Assembly (NCBI GenBank): GCA_963803435.1
Contig: CAWDML010000009.1
Span: 192,001-256,000, forward strand
Origin: an uncultured delta proteobacterium
Lineage (GTDB): Bacteria > Myxococcota > Kuafuiibacteriia > Kuafuiibacteriales > Kuafuiibacteriaceae
Reading direction: 5' to 3'
Length of the DNA stretch: 64,000 bases
Below are positions 10,235 through 19,821 of the stretch, one piece after another. Position 1 is the stretch's first letter. The number at the start of each line of letters is the position of its first letter. The notes below the pieces were generated by a model. It saw only the letters and a program-made list of their open reading frames with translations. It was not told the origin of the DNA and ran no database searches. The position numbers and the translations under genes were made by a program.

Positions 10235-11404
10235 TCACTCGCAGCTGTCCGGCGGGAGCCCGGCGATCCAGCCGTAGAGGAGACCCGCGCCCAGATCGTC
10301 CTCGAGGCTCCGGCCGATCAGCGGCATCAGCTCGCCGACGACCTCGGTCTGGACGCGATACCAGAGGATGGAGGCGCGCGGATCGCCGGGGACGATGTCG
10401 AAGCGCCGGCCGCCGCTGCCCGAGCCGGCCGAGCCCGGCTCCTTGCAGACGCCGAGGCGGAAGAGATCCGTGTTGTCGAAGTCGAGGAAGAGCTGCGAGG
10501 TCACACCCTGCGTCGCCCGCGGGTTGTGGCAGTGCGCGCAGTTGACGTCGAGATAGTCCCGGGCCGCCTTCGAGAGGGTGGCGGCGTCGAGGGTGGAGGT
10601 CCCGGTGACGGCGAGCGTGGAAAAGTCGAAGTCGCGGCCGATCGTCGAGGTGTCGGTGGGGAGGCCGTCGAGCATGCCGAGCTCGGCCAGGTGCTCGAGC
10701 TGGCCGTCGCGGTTCAGGTGGCGCGCCTTGGGCCCGATGATGACCGTGACCTTCTCCCCACCGGCGTCGCTGATCTCGTGGCATGCGAAGCACTGATTGC
10801 GTTGCGGGACCAAATACTGCGCCGTGCGGGGGCGGCCGAGCGCGTCGGAGACCTCGATCATGATCGTGCGCCCGCGGACGAAGTAGTCGGCGTCGGACTG
10901 ATCGTCGCGCCAGAGATACGGATAGGGCCGCCAGCCGTCGGCGTGACGGATGAGGACGCGGGTCTCGATCAGCCGATCGAAGCGGAAGGTCTTGATGATC
11001 GCGCTACCCACCGGGAACTCGAAGGCGTCCCGCGCGCGATACTGGATGCGCGCGCCCGGCGGGACGTAGATCGCCCGGTCCTTCCCCGCGAAGTCGGAGA
11101 ACAGCGGCGTGTTGAGCTGGTAGGGGACGACGCGGTCGTTGTACTCGAGCTCGCCGTCCCGAAGGCGGAAGAAGTTGAACTCTGAGAGGCGCGCGGGCGC
11201 TCGGGTGGCGGTGACGTCGACGTGGACCGGCTCGAGCGGCGGCTGGGAGGCGTCCGGCGCGGCGGCGTCCACCTCACCGGCATCGGCCGATACGGCCGCG
11301 TCCTCGGCCTGGGCGGCGTCGAGGCCGGCGCCGGCGTCGGGAGGCGCGAGCTCGGGCCCGGCGCAGCCCGCGAGCAAGAGCAGGATGGCGCCGAGGCTCC
11401 GCAT
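10235..11404 (-). CDS. SO2930-family diheme c-type cytochrome lipoprotein
   Basis: Lipobox LLAGC, YQLNTPLFSDFAGK, FPVGSAIIKTF, two CxxCH motifs (CFACH, CAHCH), IVPGDPRASIL, MPLIGR. ATG overlaps the upstream stop. Confidence 0.88.
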   Translation of the reverse strand: MRSLGAILLLLAGCAGPELAPPDAGAGLDAAQAEDAAVSADAGEVDAAAPDASQPPLEPVHVDVTATRAPARLSEFNFFRLRDGELEYNDRVVPYQLNTPLFSDFAGKDRAIYVPPGARIQYRARDAFEFPVGSAIIKTFRFDRLIETRVLIRHADGWRPYPYLWRDDQSDADYFVRGRTIMIEVSDALGRPRTAQYLVPQRNQCFACHEISDAGGEKVTVIIGPKARHLNRDGQLEHLAELGMLDGLPTDTSTIGRDFDFSTLAVTGTSTLDAATLSKAARDYLDVNCAHCHNPRATQGVTSQLFLDFDNTDLFRLGVCKEPGSAGSGSGGRRFDIVPGDPRASILWYRVQTEVVGELMPLIGRSLEDDLGAGLLYGWIAGLPPDSCE

Positions 11405-12951
11405 CAGAACGGCAGCATGACCTCCGGCAGCGGGCCCGCGGTGAAGCTGGTGCAGTCGAACGGCGCGAAAGGCGGCTCGGGGCGGTAGAGGTCGGCGGTC
11501 GACGGGATCACCATCATCGCGATCAGCTCCGCCAGATGCGGGAGGCCGAGCACCGCCAGGGTGCCGCCCGTCTCGCTCGTGACGCACATGTGGTTGACGT
11601 TCGTGTTGTTCCCGGGGACCGCCGGATCGACGACCTCGCCGATGCCGTCGTAGAGGACGCTGTCGACCGGCCCCGAGCCGGCGAAGAAGTACACCAGGCT
11701 GAGCAGCACCCCGAGGGGTCGCGCCGCCTGATCGGCGCCGTCCGGCGCGGTCCCGCCGCCCGTGTGCGTGTTCTCGTGGACCCAGATCTCGGTGGTGATG
11801 AAGTTGTAGATCGAGGTGCCGTCGTTCACCAGCACCACGCCGACCGTGGAGCCGCGCACTTGGTCGAGGCGCAGCGCCCAGGCGGCCGTCGAGCTCTCGA
11901 TCGCCAGCCCGGAGAGCAGCGCGACGTCGGTGGTGTTGTTGTCGGTGTACGTGTTGTGGTCGATCTCCACACGGCGGGAGGCGAGCGCGAAGGTCCCGGT
12001 GCCGGCGGGGATGTTGCTGACGGTGGTGCCGCTGGGCGCGAAGTTCGCCCGGTTGTTGGCCCGCACCATGTTGTCGTGGATGTGGATGTCGCGCCCGACG
12101 ATCGGGTTGCCCGGGAGGTCGAACACCAGGAGGCCGCCGGCGTTGTCCTCGACCAGGTTCTGATACACGTCTGCATACTGGGTGTTCTCGATCTCCAGCC
12201 CCGCGACGTTCCGGTGCGCCATGCTTCGACGGACGATCACGTTGATGCTCTGGCCCACGTAGAGACCCGCGTCGGAGGCGTTCTCGGCCACCGAGTCCTC
12301 GAGCAGCACGTTCGTGCAGCGCACGGGATAGATGCCGTACGAACCATTGGTCGAGAGCGGTCCGCCCGACCACGTCGTCTTCACGAACTGGATGCGGACG
12401 TTGGTGCTGTCCTCGATCCGGAGCGCGTCCTTCTTCGAGTCCGTGATCGTGAGCTGGGAGATCGAGAAATCGTCGCCGACGACGTCGACGCCGTTGCTCT
12501 GCGTGGTCTGTGAAGAGAAATCGAGCGTGGTGACGTCGATGCCCTGGCCGGTCAGCGTGATCCCGTTCGCCTGGCGGATGGTGAGCGCGTTGTCGAGCAT
12601 GAAGCTCCCGGCGCCCAGGACCACCGTGGTGCCGGCGGCCAGCGTGTTGATCGCGTCGATCAGCTCGCCGGTCTGATCAGCGGTGAAGCTGAGACAGGCG
12701 CCGGTGACGTCGGCGCAGGAGAAGCGGGGGAACGGATCGGTGCCGCTGTCCGCGACCTCCGCGTCCATGCCGGCGCCGCTGTCGCCGACGCCGGTGTCGG
12801 TGACGCCCGTGTCGGTGACGCCGGTGTCGACCCCGGAGTCCTTGGTGCCGGTGTCTTGTTTGTCGCCGTCGCCGTCGCCGTTGCAGGCGAAGAGGAAGAG
12901 CGACGCGAGCAGTCCGAGCGCGAGCGTGCAGGGCTTCACGCGCGGGAGCAT
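11404..12951 (-). CDS. Parallel beta-helix repeat lipoprotein (usual partner of the SO2930 family)
   Basis: Lipobox LFAC, motifs NGSYGIYPV, ASDAGLYVGQS, NVAGLEIEN, NAGGLLVFDLP, NFAPSG. Confidence 0.88.
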   Translation of the reverse strand: MLPRVKPCTLALGLLASLFLFACNGDGDGDKQDTGTKDSGVDTGVTDTGVTDTGVGDSGAGMDAEVADSGTDPFPRFSCADVTGACLSFTADQTGELIDAINTLAAGTTVVLGAGSFMLDNALTIRQANGITLTGQGIDVTTLDFSSQTTQSNGVDVVGDDFSISQLTITDSKKDALRIEDSTNVRIQFVKTTWSGGPLSTNGSYGIYPVRCTNVLLEDSVAENASDAGLYVGQSINVIVRRSMAHRNVAGLEIENTQYADVYQNLVEDNAGGLLVFDLPGNPIVGRDIHIHDNMVRANNRANFAPSGTTVSNIPAGTGTFALASRRVEIDHNTYTDNNTTDVALLSGLAIESSTAAWALRLDQVRGSTVGVVLVNDGTSIYNFITTEIWVHENTHTGGGTAPDGADQAARPLGVLLSLVYFFAGSGPVDSVLYDGIGEVVDPAVPGNNTNVNHMCVTSETGGTLAVLGLPHLAELIAMMVIPSTADLYRPEPPFAPFDCTSFTAGPLPEVMLPF

Positions 12952-12972
12952 ACCCACTCCGATCGGGAGAGA

Positions 12973-13848
12973 CTACCGGTGCGGGGCCTGCTCGGGGCGG
13001 GGGAGCACGTCGTCGAGGTACGTGGGCAGGAAGCGGCGCCGGAGCTGGTCCACGCCGTGCGAGAGGCGTCCCGGCGTGCGCGCGCTCGCACTGCGGAGCG
13101 TCTGGTTGGCCGCCGCGCGGATCGTCCGCCCCAGACGGTTGGCCGACAGCGGCTGTCGCCATCGGACCACCTCGCGCTGCGCGCCCGCCCAGAAACGCTC
13201 GCGCGCGGCCAGCGAGAGGAGCGCGCCTTCGCGGATCTGGGCACGAGCCTCGTCGCTCAGGGCGAACATCACCAGCGCCTCCTCGAGCCAGGACCCGTGA
13301 TCCTGGTCCTGATCCATGTGGAGCCAGAAGTATCGGATCTCCCGCTCACCGAAACCGGCGCGCCGGAGGCCCGGGACGATCGCGGAGAACATCGTCGGGA
13401 TCGCCCACTCGTGCCCCGGGCCGATCGCGCCCAGCCCGACCAGGAACGGCCGCCGGGTGGTGAGCTCGAGGTGCGTGCGGATGAAACCGATCGTGTGCGC
13501 GTTGAGCACGGTGCGATCCATCGCCTCGTCGGTCGCGCCCGCGGCCCGCAGGAACGCCAGATAGAGCGTCGAGTGATCGTCGCCCTCGCTGCCCTCGCCG
13601 TACTCGTCGATCAACACCTTGGCGAGCCACCGCTTGGCCTCACTGCTGGGCGCACGCACGAGCAGGTTCTCGAGGTAGTGCGTGAAACAGTTGATCAGCG
13701 GGTAGTGCTGCAGCGCGAACGTCCGGTAGTCCTCGCGCGTGAACGGCATCGTCGCCAGGCGGTTGAGGAACATGTGATTGACGCCGGGGTGCATCCGGAT
13801 CTCCTCGCGGAGATCGTGGAGGAAACGGCGTGCGCCGAGCTCGCTCAT
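12973..13848 (-). CDS. Heme-oxygenase-like diiron oxidase (CADD/PqqC/TenA fold, iron-containing redox enzyme)
   Basis: Ligand pattern IDEYG...DDH, GHEW, YFWLHMDQDQDH. ATG overlaps the rSAM stop (ATGA 13845-13848). Confidence 0.85.
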   Translation of the reverse strand: MSELGARRFLHDLREEIRMHPGVNHMFLNRLATMPFTREDYRTFALQHYPLINCFTHYLENLLVRAPSSEAKRWLAKVLIDEYGEGSEGDDHSTLYLAFLRAAGATDEAMDRTVLNAHTIGFIRTHLELTTRRPFLVGLGAIGPGHEWAIPTMFSAIVPGLRRAGFGEREIRYFWLHMDQDQDHGSWLEEALVMFALSDEARAQIREGALLSLAARERFWAGAQREVVRWRQPLSANRLGRTIRAAANQTLRSASARTPGRLSHGVDQLRRRFLPTYLDDVLPRPEQAPHR

Positions 13849-15344
13849 ATCGCCACGACCGGCAGCCGGTCGGCCGGCCGTGCCTCTTCGGGGGCTTCCC
13901 AGCGCGTGGTGGCGCGGCCGTCGAGCACGCCCACCTCGTCCGCGAGGTAGGACCGCGGATCGCTGTGCACCACCCGGTTCCGGCGCGCGTTCCAGAGGAA
14001 CCGAGGGACGTTGGGGAGCACCGACCACCAGAAGTCGGCGCGCCGGGCCACGGTCCTCGGCGCCAGCGCCTTGAGCGTGCTCGGCATCGTAGCCCACAGC
14101 TGCTTCGAGAAGTGCCGGTAGAACTCCTCGCGCGGCAGGCGCGTGGGCGTGACCGCGTGCAGGAGATCGTAGAAGCGACGGTCGCGGGTGAGGAGGCGGT
14201 CCGCCAGCTGCTTCTCCAGCTGCGTCCCCGGCAGTGGCGTGTGGATGGTGACGATCGGCGCCACGATCCCGAGCGCGTTGATGTAGTCGTACAGGTCCGA
14301 GAAGTCCTTCGCCTCGAAGTCGGTGCGCGCCATGAAGATCCCGGTGGACTGGATCCCGTTCTCGCGGAGGACCCCCATCGCGCGGGTGTTGTTGGCCGCG
14401 ACGTTGGTCTTCCTGAGCGCCGCCAGCGCGTCGTCGTCGTTCGACTCGAAGCCGGAGAGCACGCACATCAGCCCCACGCTCGCGAGGTCGCGCATCAGCT
14501 CGGGGTGCTCGGCGATGAAGTCGGTGCGGCCCTGGGTCATCCAGAACTTGTCGATCTTCCGCTCCCGGAGGACCTCGACCAGCCGGCGGAGGCGCTTCTG
14601 GTCGGTGAGAAAGTTGTCGTCGAGCAGGAAGACGTAGGGCTCGTCGCACGCGGCCATCTGATCCGCGATCCGCTCCGCCGACAGGTAGCGCGTCCGGCGC
14701 TCGTAGAACTCCCAGATCGCGCAGAAGTTACAGTCGAAGCTGCAGCCTCGGCTGGTGAAGATCGAGGCCATCGGCTGCGCGACCGTGAAGAAGTATCGGC
14801 CCCGATACCGCTTCACCAGCTCGCGGCGCGGCGGCGGCAGGAGGTCGAGCGAGCGCTGCTGATCCCGCTTCCGCGTCGCGATCCAGGCGCCGCTCTCGGT
14901 GCGGAGCTCCAGACCGTCGATCCGGGCCAGCGGGCCGCCGGCCTTCACCGCCGCGATCAGCTCGCTGAAGGTGATCTCGCCTTCGCCCTTCACGATCACG
15001 TCGATGAACGGCTCCCGGAACTCCTGGGGCGAGAGGGTGGGGTGATGGCCGCCGACCACGGTGAGGCAGGCCGGCAGCATCGTCTTCGCCGTCCGCAGCA
15101 CCGCCTTGGCCTGATAGGCGTCGGTGGTCATCGAGGTGGTGCCGACGACGTCGGGGCGAAACCGCGCGATCACGCGGGCGAGGGTGTTCTCAGGCTCGAG
15201 GCGAAGGTCCACGATCTGGACCTCGTGATCCGCCACGCCCGCGGCGACCGCGGTGAGCGCGACCGGCTCCGAGAGCCACATGAGATTCTCCAGGCCGAGC
15301 CGGCCTTCCTCGAACGGGGCCGGTTGAACCAACAGGATCCGCAT
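13845..15344 (-). CDS. Cobalamin-binding radical SAM protein (class B methylase-like; resembles the HpnR group)
   Basis: N-terminal B12 domain (RPDVVG, VVGGHHPT, KGEGE), TSRGCSFDCNFC CxxxCxxC motif, DDNF, TPLPGT. Confidence 0.9.
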   Translation of the reverse strand: MRILLVQPAPFEEGRLGLENLMWLSEPVALTAVAAGVADHEVQIVDLRLEPENTLARVIARFRPDVVGTTSMTTDAYQAKAVLRTAKTMLPACLTVVGGHHPTLSPQEFREPFIDVIVKGEGEITFSELIAAVKAGGPLARIDGLELRTESGAWIATRKRDQQRSLDLLPPPRRELVKRYRGRYFFTVAQPMASIFTSRGCSFDCNFCAIWEFYERRTRYLSAERIADQMAACDEPYVFLLDDNFLTDQKRLRRLVEVLRERKIDKFWMTQGRTDFIAEHPELMRDLASVGLMCVLSGFESNDDDALAALRKTNVAANNTRAMGVLRENGIQSTGIFMARTDFEAKDFSDLYDYINALGIVAPIVTIHTPLPGTQLEKQLADRLLTRDRRFYDLLHAVTPTRLPREEFYRHFSKQLWATMPSTLKALAPRTVARRADFWWSVLPNVPRFLWNARRNRVVHSDPRSYLADEVGVLDGRATTRWEAPEEARPADRLPVVAI

Positions 15345-15354
15345 GGGCCGCTGC

Positions 15355-16851
15355 TCAGGAGCGCGTCGGAACATACACCGACTTGGTGTGGCTGTATTGG
15401 GCCAGCGCCTCGGCGCCCAGGTCGCGGCCGCGCCCCGCGAGCCCCAAGCCGCCGATCGGGAGCGCGGGCTCCCGCTCATCATAGTGGTTAACCCAGACCA
15501 TGCCGGCGTGGAGCTGCGCGGCCACGCGGTGCGCGCGGGCCAGGTCCGACGTCCAGACGGACGCCGCCAGCCCGTACTCGTTGTCGTTCGCGATCAGCAC
15601 CGCCTCCTCCTCGTGCTGGAACGGCGTCATCACCAGTATGGGACCGCCGACGTCCTCGCGGGCGATCCGCATGGCCGGCTTGGCGTCGACGAACAGCGTG
15701 GGCTGGACGAACCAGCCGCGGGCCTTCTCGCCGTCGACGTCGCGCGAGCCACCGGCCACCAGCTTGGCGCCCTCGCGCCGGCCCAGCTCGGCGTAGGCGA
15801 GCACCCGCTTCATCTGCTCCTCGTCGATCATCGGGCCCAGCTCGGTGTGCTCGTCGAGCTGATCGCCGACCACGATCTCCTTGGCGCGCGACGCCAGCAT
15901 CTCGGCGGCCTCCTCGTAGAGGGACTCGTGCACCAGCAAGCGCTCGCCCGCGAAGGCGCGGACCGAGCGCGAGGTGAAGATCGAGACCCACGCGGCGCGC
16001 ACCACCGCCCGCAGGTCGGCGTCTTCGAACACGATCTGCGCGCTCTTGCCGCCGAGGTCGAGGTGGACCGGCTTGAGGTTGCTCTTGGCCGAGCCGAGCA
16101 CCATCCGGCGCGCCTGCTCAATCAATCCCGAGAAGAAGAGCGCGTCCACGCTCGAGGCGGCCAGCGCCTCCCCGGCCTGCGCCGAGAACCCGGGGACCAC
16201 GTTGTAGACGCCGGCCGGATAGCCCGACTCGCGCACCAGCTCGCCGAGCCGCAGCACCGTCAGCGGCGCGCGCTCGGGTGGCTTGACCACCACGGTGCAC
16301 CCGACCGCCAGCGCCGGCGCAATCTTTCGCAGCGTGGCGCCAATCGGCTCCGAAGGCGGCACGACGATCCCGACCACCGCGTGCGGCTCGCGGTGGATCA
16401 TCCCGATGGCGCCCTCGCCGAGGTCGACGGCGTCGCCGGAGAGCTTGTCGGCCCAGCCCGCGAAGTACCGCAGCGCTCGCACGCCCGATCGCAGGTCCGA
16501 GTGCATCACCTCGCGGAACGTCTTGCCGGTCTGGAGCGCCTCGAGGATCGCGAGGTCCTCAATCTCGGCTTCGATCTGATCGGCGAGCGTCCACAGGAGC
16601 TGCGCCCGGACCTCGGGGCGCGCGCGCCGCCACTCGTCGTGGAACGCGCGCTGCGCCGTGGCGACCGCCTTCTCCACGTCGCGCACGTTGCCCGCGGGAC
16701 AGCGGCCGATCGGCTCCTGCGTCGCCGGGTTCACCACCGGGATGGTGGCGCTGCCCTCCGACTCGATCTCGAGACCGCCGACGAAGAGGTGCGGCATCCG
16801 ATCCTGGTGGATCCGGATCAGCGTCTGGGCGCGCAGTCGACGCTCGCGCAT
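15355..16851 (-). CDS. Aldehyde dehydrogenase-fold protein lacking the catalytic residues
   Basis: Full ALDH framework (NPAT, KIAPALA, LGGKS, ANDNEYGLAASVWT, GMVWVN) with degenerate catalytic positions (see findings). Confidence 0.85.
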   Translation of the reverse strand: MRERRLRAQTLIRIHQDRMPHLFVGGLEIESEGSATIPVVNPATQEPIGRCPAGNVRDVEKAVATAQRAFHDEWRRARPEVRAQLLWTLADQIEAEIEDLAILEALQTGKTFREVMHSDLRSGVRALRYFAGWADKLSGDAVDLGEGAIGMIHREPHAVVGIVVPPSEPIGATLRKIAPALAVGCTVVVKPPERAPLTVLRLGELVRESGYPAGVYNVVPGFSAQAGEALAASSVDALFFSGLIEQARRMVLGSAKSNLKPVHLDLGGKSAQIVFEDADLRAVVRAAWVSIFTSRSVRAFAGERLLVHESLYEEAAEMLASRAKEIVVGDQLDEHTELGPMIDEEQMKRVLAYAELGRREGAKLVAGGSRDVDGEKARGWFVQPTLFVDAKPAMRIAREDVGGPILVMTPFQHEEEAVLIANDNEYGLAASVWTSDLARAHRVAAQLHAGMVWVNHYDEREPALPIGGLGLAGRGRDLGAEALAQYSHTKSVYVPTRS

Positions 16852-16863
16852 CTGAGGTGGAAG

Positions 16864-18078
16864 CTACACGGACTCGACGAGCGTCGCCACGCCCTGGCCG
16901 ACGCCGACGCACAGGGTGGCGACGCCGTGTCGCGCCCCCCGCCGCCACATCTCGTGGAGCAGCGTGGTCAGGATCCGGGCGCCGCTGCAGCCGAGCGGGT
17001 GTCCCAGGGCGATCGCGCCGCCGTTCACGTTGATCCGGTCGGTCAGGTCCTCGGCGTCCAGCCGCCGGATCACCGCCAGGGACTGGGCGGCGAAGGCCTC
17101 GTTGAGCTCGATGAGGTCGATGTCCTCCAGCGTGAGCTTGTGCCGGGTCAGGAGGCGCTCCACCGCCGGCACCGGCCCGATCCCCATGATCCGGGGGTTC
17201 ACGCCGACCGCCTGAGAGCCGACCCAGCGCGCCATGGCGGTCTTCCCGAAGTTGCTCATGGCCTCCTTGGAGGCCAGCACCAGCGCCGCCGCGCCGTCGT
17301 TGAGCGGGCTCGAGTTGCCGGCGGTGACCGTGCCGTTCTTCCGGAACGCCGGCGCCAGCTTGGCCAGCTTCTCCATCGACGCGTCCGGGCGCGGGGCCTC
17401 GTCCTTCTCCGCGATGAGGGCGTCGCCCTTCTTCTGCGGGATCGTGATGGGGATGCGCTCGTCGTCGAACTTGCCGTCGGCCTCGGCCTTGAGCGCCCGC
17501 TGGTGACTCTCGAGCGCGAAGCGGTCCTGGTCCTCGCGGCTGATCGACATCTGCTCGGCGAGATTCTCGGCGGTCTCGCCCATGCTCTCCAGCGGGAAGA
17601 GGTCGCCCATCCGCTTGTTGGGGAAGCGCCACCCGAGGGCCGTGTCGTAGACGGTCTGGTTGCCGCGGGAGAAGGCTTCGTCGGGCTTGGCCATCACCAG
17701 CGGCGCGCGGCTCATGCTCTCCACGCCGCCGGCCACGACGATGTTGGCCTCCCCGCACGCGATCTCGCGGGCCGCGTAGTTCACCGCCGAGAGGCCGGAG
17801 GCGCACAGGCGATTGATGGTGACGCCCGGGACGCTGTTCGGGATCCCGGCGAGCAGCGCGCTCATCCGAGCCACATTGCGGTTGTCCTCGCCGGCCTGGT
17901 TCGCGCAGCCGATCACGACCTCGTCCACCGCCGCGCCGGCGATCCCCGTCCGATCGAGCGCGGCCTTCAGCGCGTAGGCGAGGAGGTCGTCGGGCCGGAC
18001 CGACGCAAGCATTCCGCCGTAGCGCCCGACCGGGGTGCGAACGGCGTCGAGGATGTAGACCTCACGGAGCTCCGTCAA
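16864..18078 (-). CDS. Acetyl-CoA C-acyltransferase (PaaJ/PcaF-like thiolase)
   Basis: [44 protein letters not shown]. Confidence 0.95.
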   Translation of the reverse strand: MTELREVYILDAVRTPVGRYGGMLASVRPDDLLAYALKAALDRTGIAGAAVDEVVIGCANQAGEDNRNVARMSALLAGIPNSVPGVTINRLCASGLSAVNYAAREIACGEANIVVAGGVESMSRAPLVMAKPDEAFSRGNQTVYDTALGWRFPNKRMGDLFPLESMGETAENLAEQMSISREDQDRFALESHQRALKAEADGKFDDERIPITIPQKKGDALIAEKDEAPRPDASMEKLAKLAPAFRKNGTVTAGNSSPLNDGAAALVLASKEAMSNFGKTAMARWVGSQAVGVNPRIMGIGPVPAVERLLTRHKLTLEDIDLIELNEAFAAQSLAVIRRLDAEDLTDRINVNGGAIALGHPLGCSGARILTTLLHEMWRRGARHGVATLCVGVGQGVATLVESV

Positions 18079-18130
18079 AACGAGGCCAGGCTATCACGTC
18101 GGGGCGCGATTCGGTGATAGACGATGACGA

Positions 18131-18995
18131 GTGTGGTCCATCATCGTGCACGGCGGGGCGGGCGTCATCGATCCGGCGCGAGAGCCGATCCACCGGGCGG
18201 GATGCCTGCGCGCGATCGACGCCGCGCGGCCGCTCCTCTCGGCGGGCGGCGACGCGCTGGACGCGTGCTGTGCCGCCGTCCGCGTCCTCGAGGATGATCC
18301 TGCGTTCAACGCCGGCATCGGCGCGGTCCTCGACGAGGCGGGTCTCCCCGCGCTCGACGCGGCCGTCATGCGTGGGTCGGATCTCGGCTACGGGGCGATC
18401 GCCAGCGTCGTCGGCGTTCGGCACCCGATCGATCTGGCGCGCGCCGTCCTGGAGGACGGACGCCACTGCCTGATCGTCGGCGCAGGCGCGATCGCGCTGG
18501 CGCGGGAGAAGGGGATCGCGCTCGTCGATCCGGGGACGATGATCACCGAGCAGTCCCGAACGGCGTGGGAGAAGGCGCGCGAGGGCGACACCGTCGGCGC
18601 CGCGGCCCGGGACGCGTCCGGCGCGGTGGCGGTGGCGACCTCGACCGGCGGAACCTATCTGCGGCGGGTCGGTCGCGTCGGGGATTCGCCGATCGCCGGG
18701 GCGGGGACCTATGCGCGTCGCGATCTGGGCGCGCTCTCGGCGACGGGTCACGGCGAGACGATGATGCGGACCGTGTTCGCCTACTCCGCGCTCCTCTCGC
18801 TCTCGGAGGCCGGGTCGGACGCAAGATCTCACCGCGGTCCTCACGCGGGAGCTCGAGGCCGCCACCGAGGCCGCCGGCGGGCGCGGAGGGGCAATCGCGG
18901 TGCTTCCGGACGGCCGCCTGGTCTGGGCCCGCAACACGCCCCACATGGGCGTGGCCTGGCAGCGGGCCGGTGAGCCGCCCAGCACGGCATTTTAG
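18131..18995 (+). CDS. Isoaspartyl peptidase/L-asparaginase (Ntn hydrolase), frameshift near 18822
   Basis: IVHGGAG, LEDDPAFNAG, GD/TVGA cleavage site, ATSTGG, GRVGDSP, TGHGE. The C-terminus GGRGGAIAV...NTPHMGVAW is in another frame; stop at 18995. Confidence 0.88.
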
Positions 18996-19069
18996 CTTGC
19001 GGATTCCCAAAGGCCTTGATAGGTCGCCGAGTCTCGTCCGGGCCAACCCCGGGCGTTCAGGAGGAAGTC

Positions 19070-19282
19070 GTGGCGAAGTGCCAGCTCACGGGGAAGGCGC
19101 GGATGACCGGCAACTTGGTCTCGCACTCCAACCGCAAGTCCAGGACGGTTCGTAAGTGCAACATCCGCAGCAAGCGCATCTTCAATCCCGAGACCGGTCA
19201 GCTGGTCCGCATGACCGTGTCGGCCCGCGCCCTGCGCACCCTCTCGCGCAAGGGCTGGGACGCGTTCAAGAAGAAGGTCTGA
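19070..19282 (+). CDS. rpmB: 50S ribosomal protein L28
   Basis: [18 protein letters not shown]...[12 protein letters not shown]...VSARALRTL. Confidence 0.93.
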   Translation: MAKCQLTGKARMTGNLVSHSNRKSRTVRKCNIRSKRIFNPETGQLVRMTVSARALRTLSRKGWDAFKKKV

Positions 19283-19289
19283 GAAGAAC

Positions 19290-19685
19290 ATGAGCGAAGC
19301 AGGCAGACGAGATGGCGGCGGAATGCGCCGCGGTAGCGGCGGCGGCGGCGGCGGTGGTCGTGGCCGCGATCGAGATCGAGACGACCGAGGGGATCGCGAT
19401 CGAGGCGACGATCGGGCGTCCGAGGGTCGCGCCGGCGAAGGCCGGACGCGCCGCGGCAAGCGCAAGGTCGATCCCTTCCTCGTCGACAAGACGCTCAAGA
19501 TCGATTGGCGTGATGGCCAGCTCCTCTCCCGGTTCATCACCGAACGAGGAAAGATCGTGCCCCGGCGCGTCTCCGGGCTGACCGCGAAGAATCAGCGGAA
19601 GCTCAAGGTCGCGATCAAGCGGGCCCGACACATGTCGATCATTCCCTACGGCGGCCATCGCACGGCGCTCCGCAACCTGAGCTAA
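19290..19685 (+). CDS. rpsR: 30S ribosomal protein S18 with Gly/Arg/Asp-rich N-terminal extension
   Basis: [24 protein letters not shown]...[12 protein letters not shown]...IPY. Confidence 0.93.
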   Translation: MSEAGRRDGGGMRRGSGGGGGGGRGRDRDRDDRGDRDRGDDRASEGRAGEGRTRRGKRKVDPFLVDKTLKIDWRDGQLLSRFITERGKIVPRRVSGLTAKNQRKLKVAIKRARHMSIIPYGGHRTALRNLS

Positions 19686-19723
19686 TAAAATGGCCGACTT
19701 TTGAGGCTTCGGGCGACCCGGGG

Positions 19724-19761
19724 GGCCGCGAGATCAGATCCGAAACTGACGACCGCGAGCC
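19724..19761 (+). repeat. Dispersed intergenic motif, copy 1
   Basis: GGCCGCGAGATCAGATCCGAAACTGACGACCGCGAGCC; close match at 29243-29279. Confidence 0.8.
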
Positions 19762-19821
19762 GGTCGCTCCATATGGTCTAACGGAATAGGCTCCCACCCT
19801 GGGAGATTCAAGAGCTGTATC

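Noticed and set aside
13845-15344. Naming the radical SAM gene hpnR
   Set aside because: The resemblance is at architecture level only and no hopanoid genes are nearby; a phylogeny is needed.
19741-19770. CTGACGA/GAAA resembling a hammerhead ribozyme core
   Set aside because: GAAA directly precedes CTGACGA with no stem II-GAAA after it, and copy 2 reads CTGACGG.
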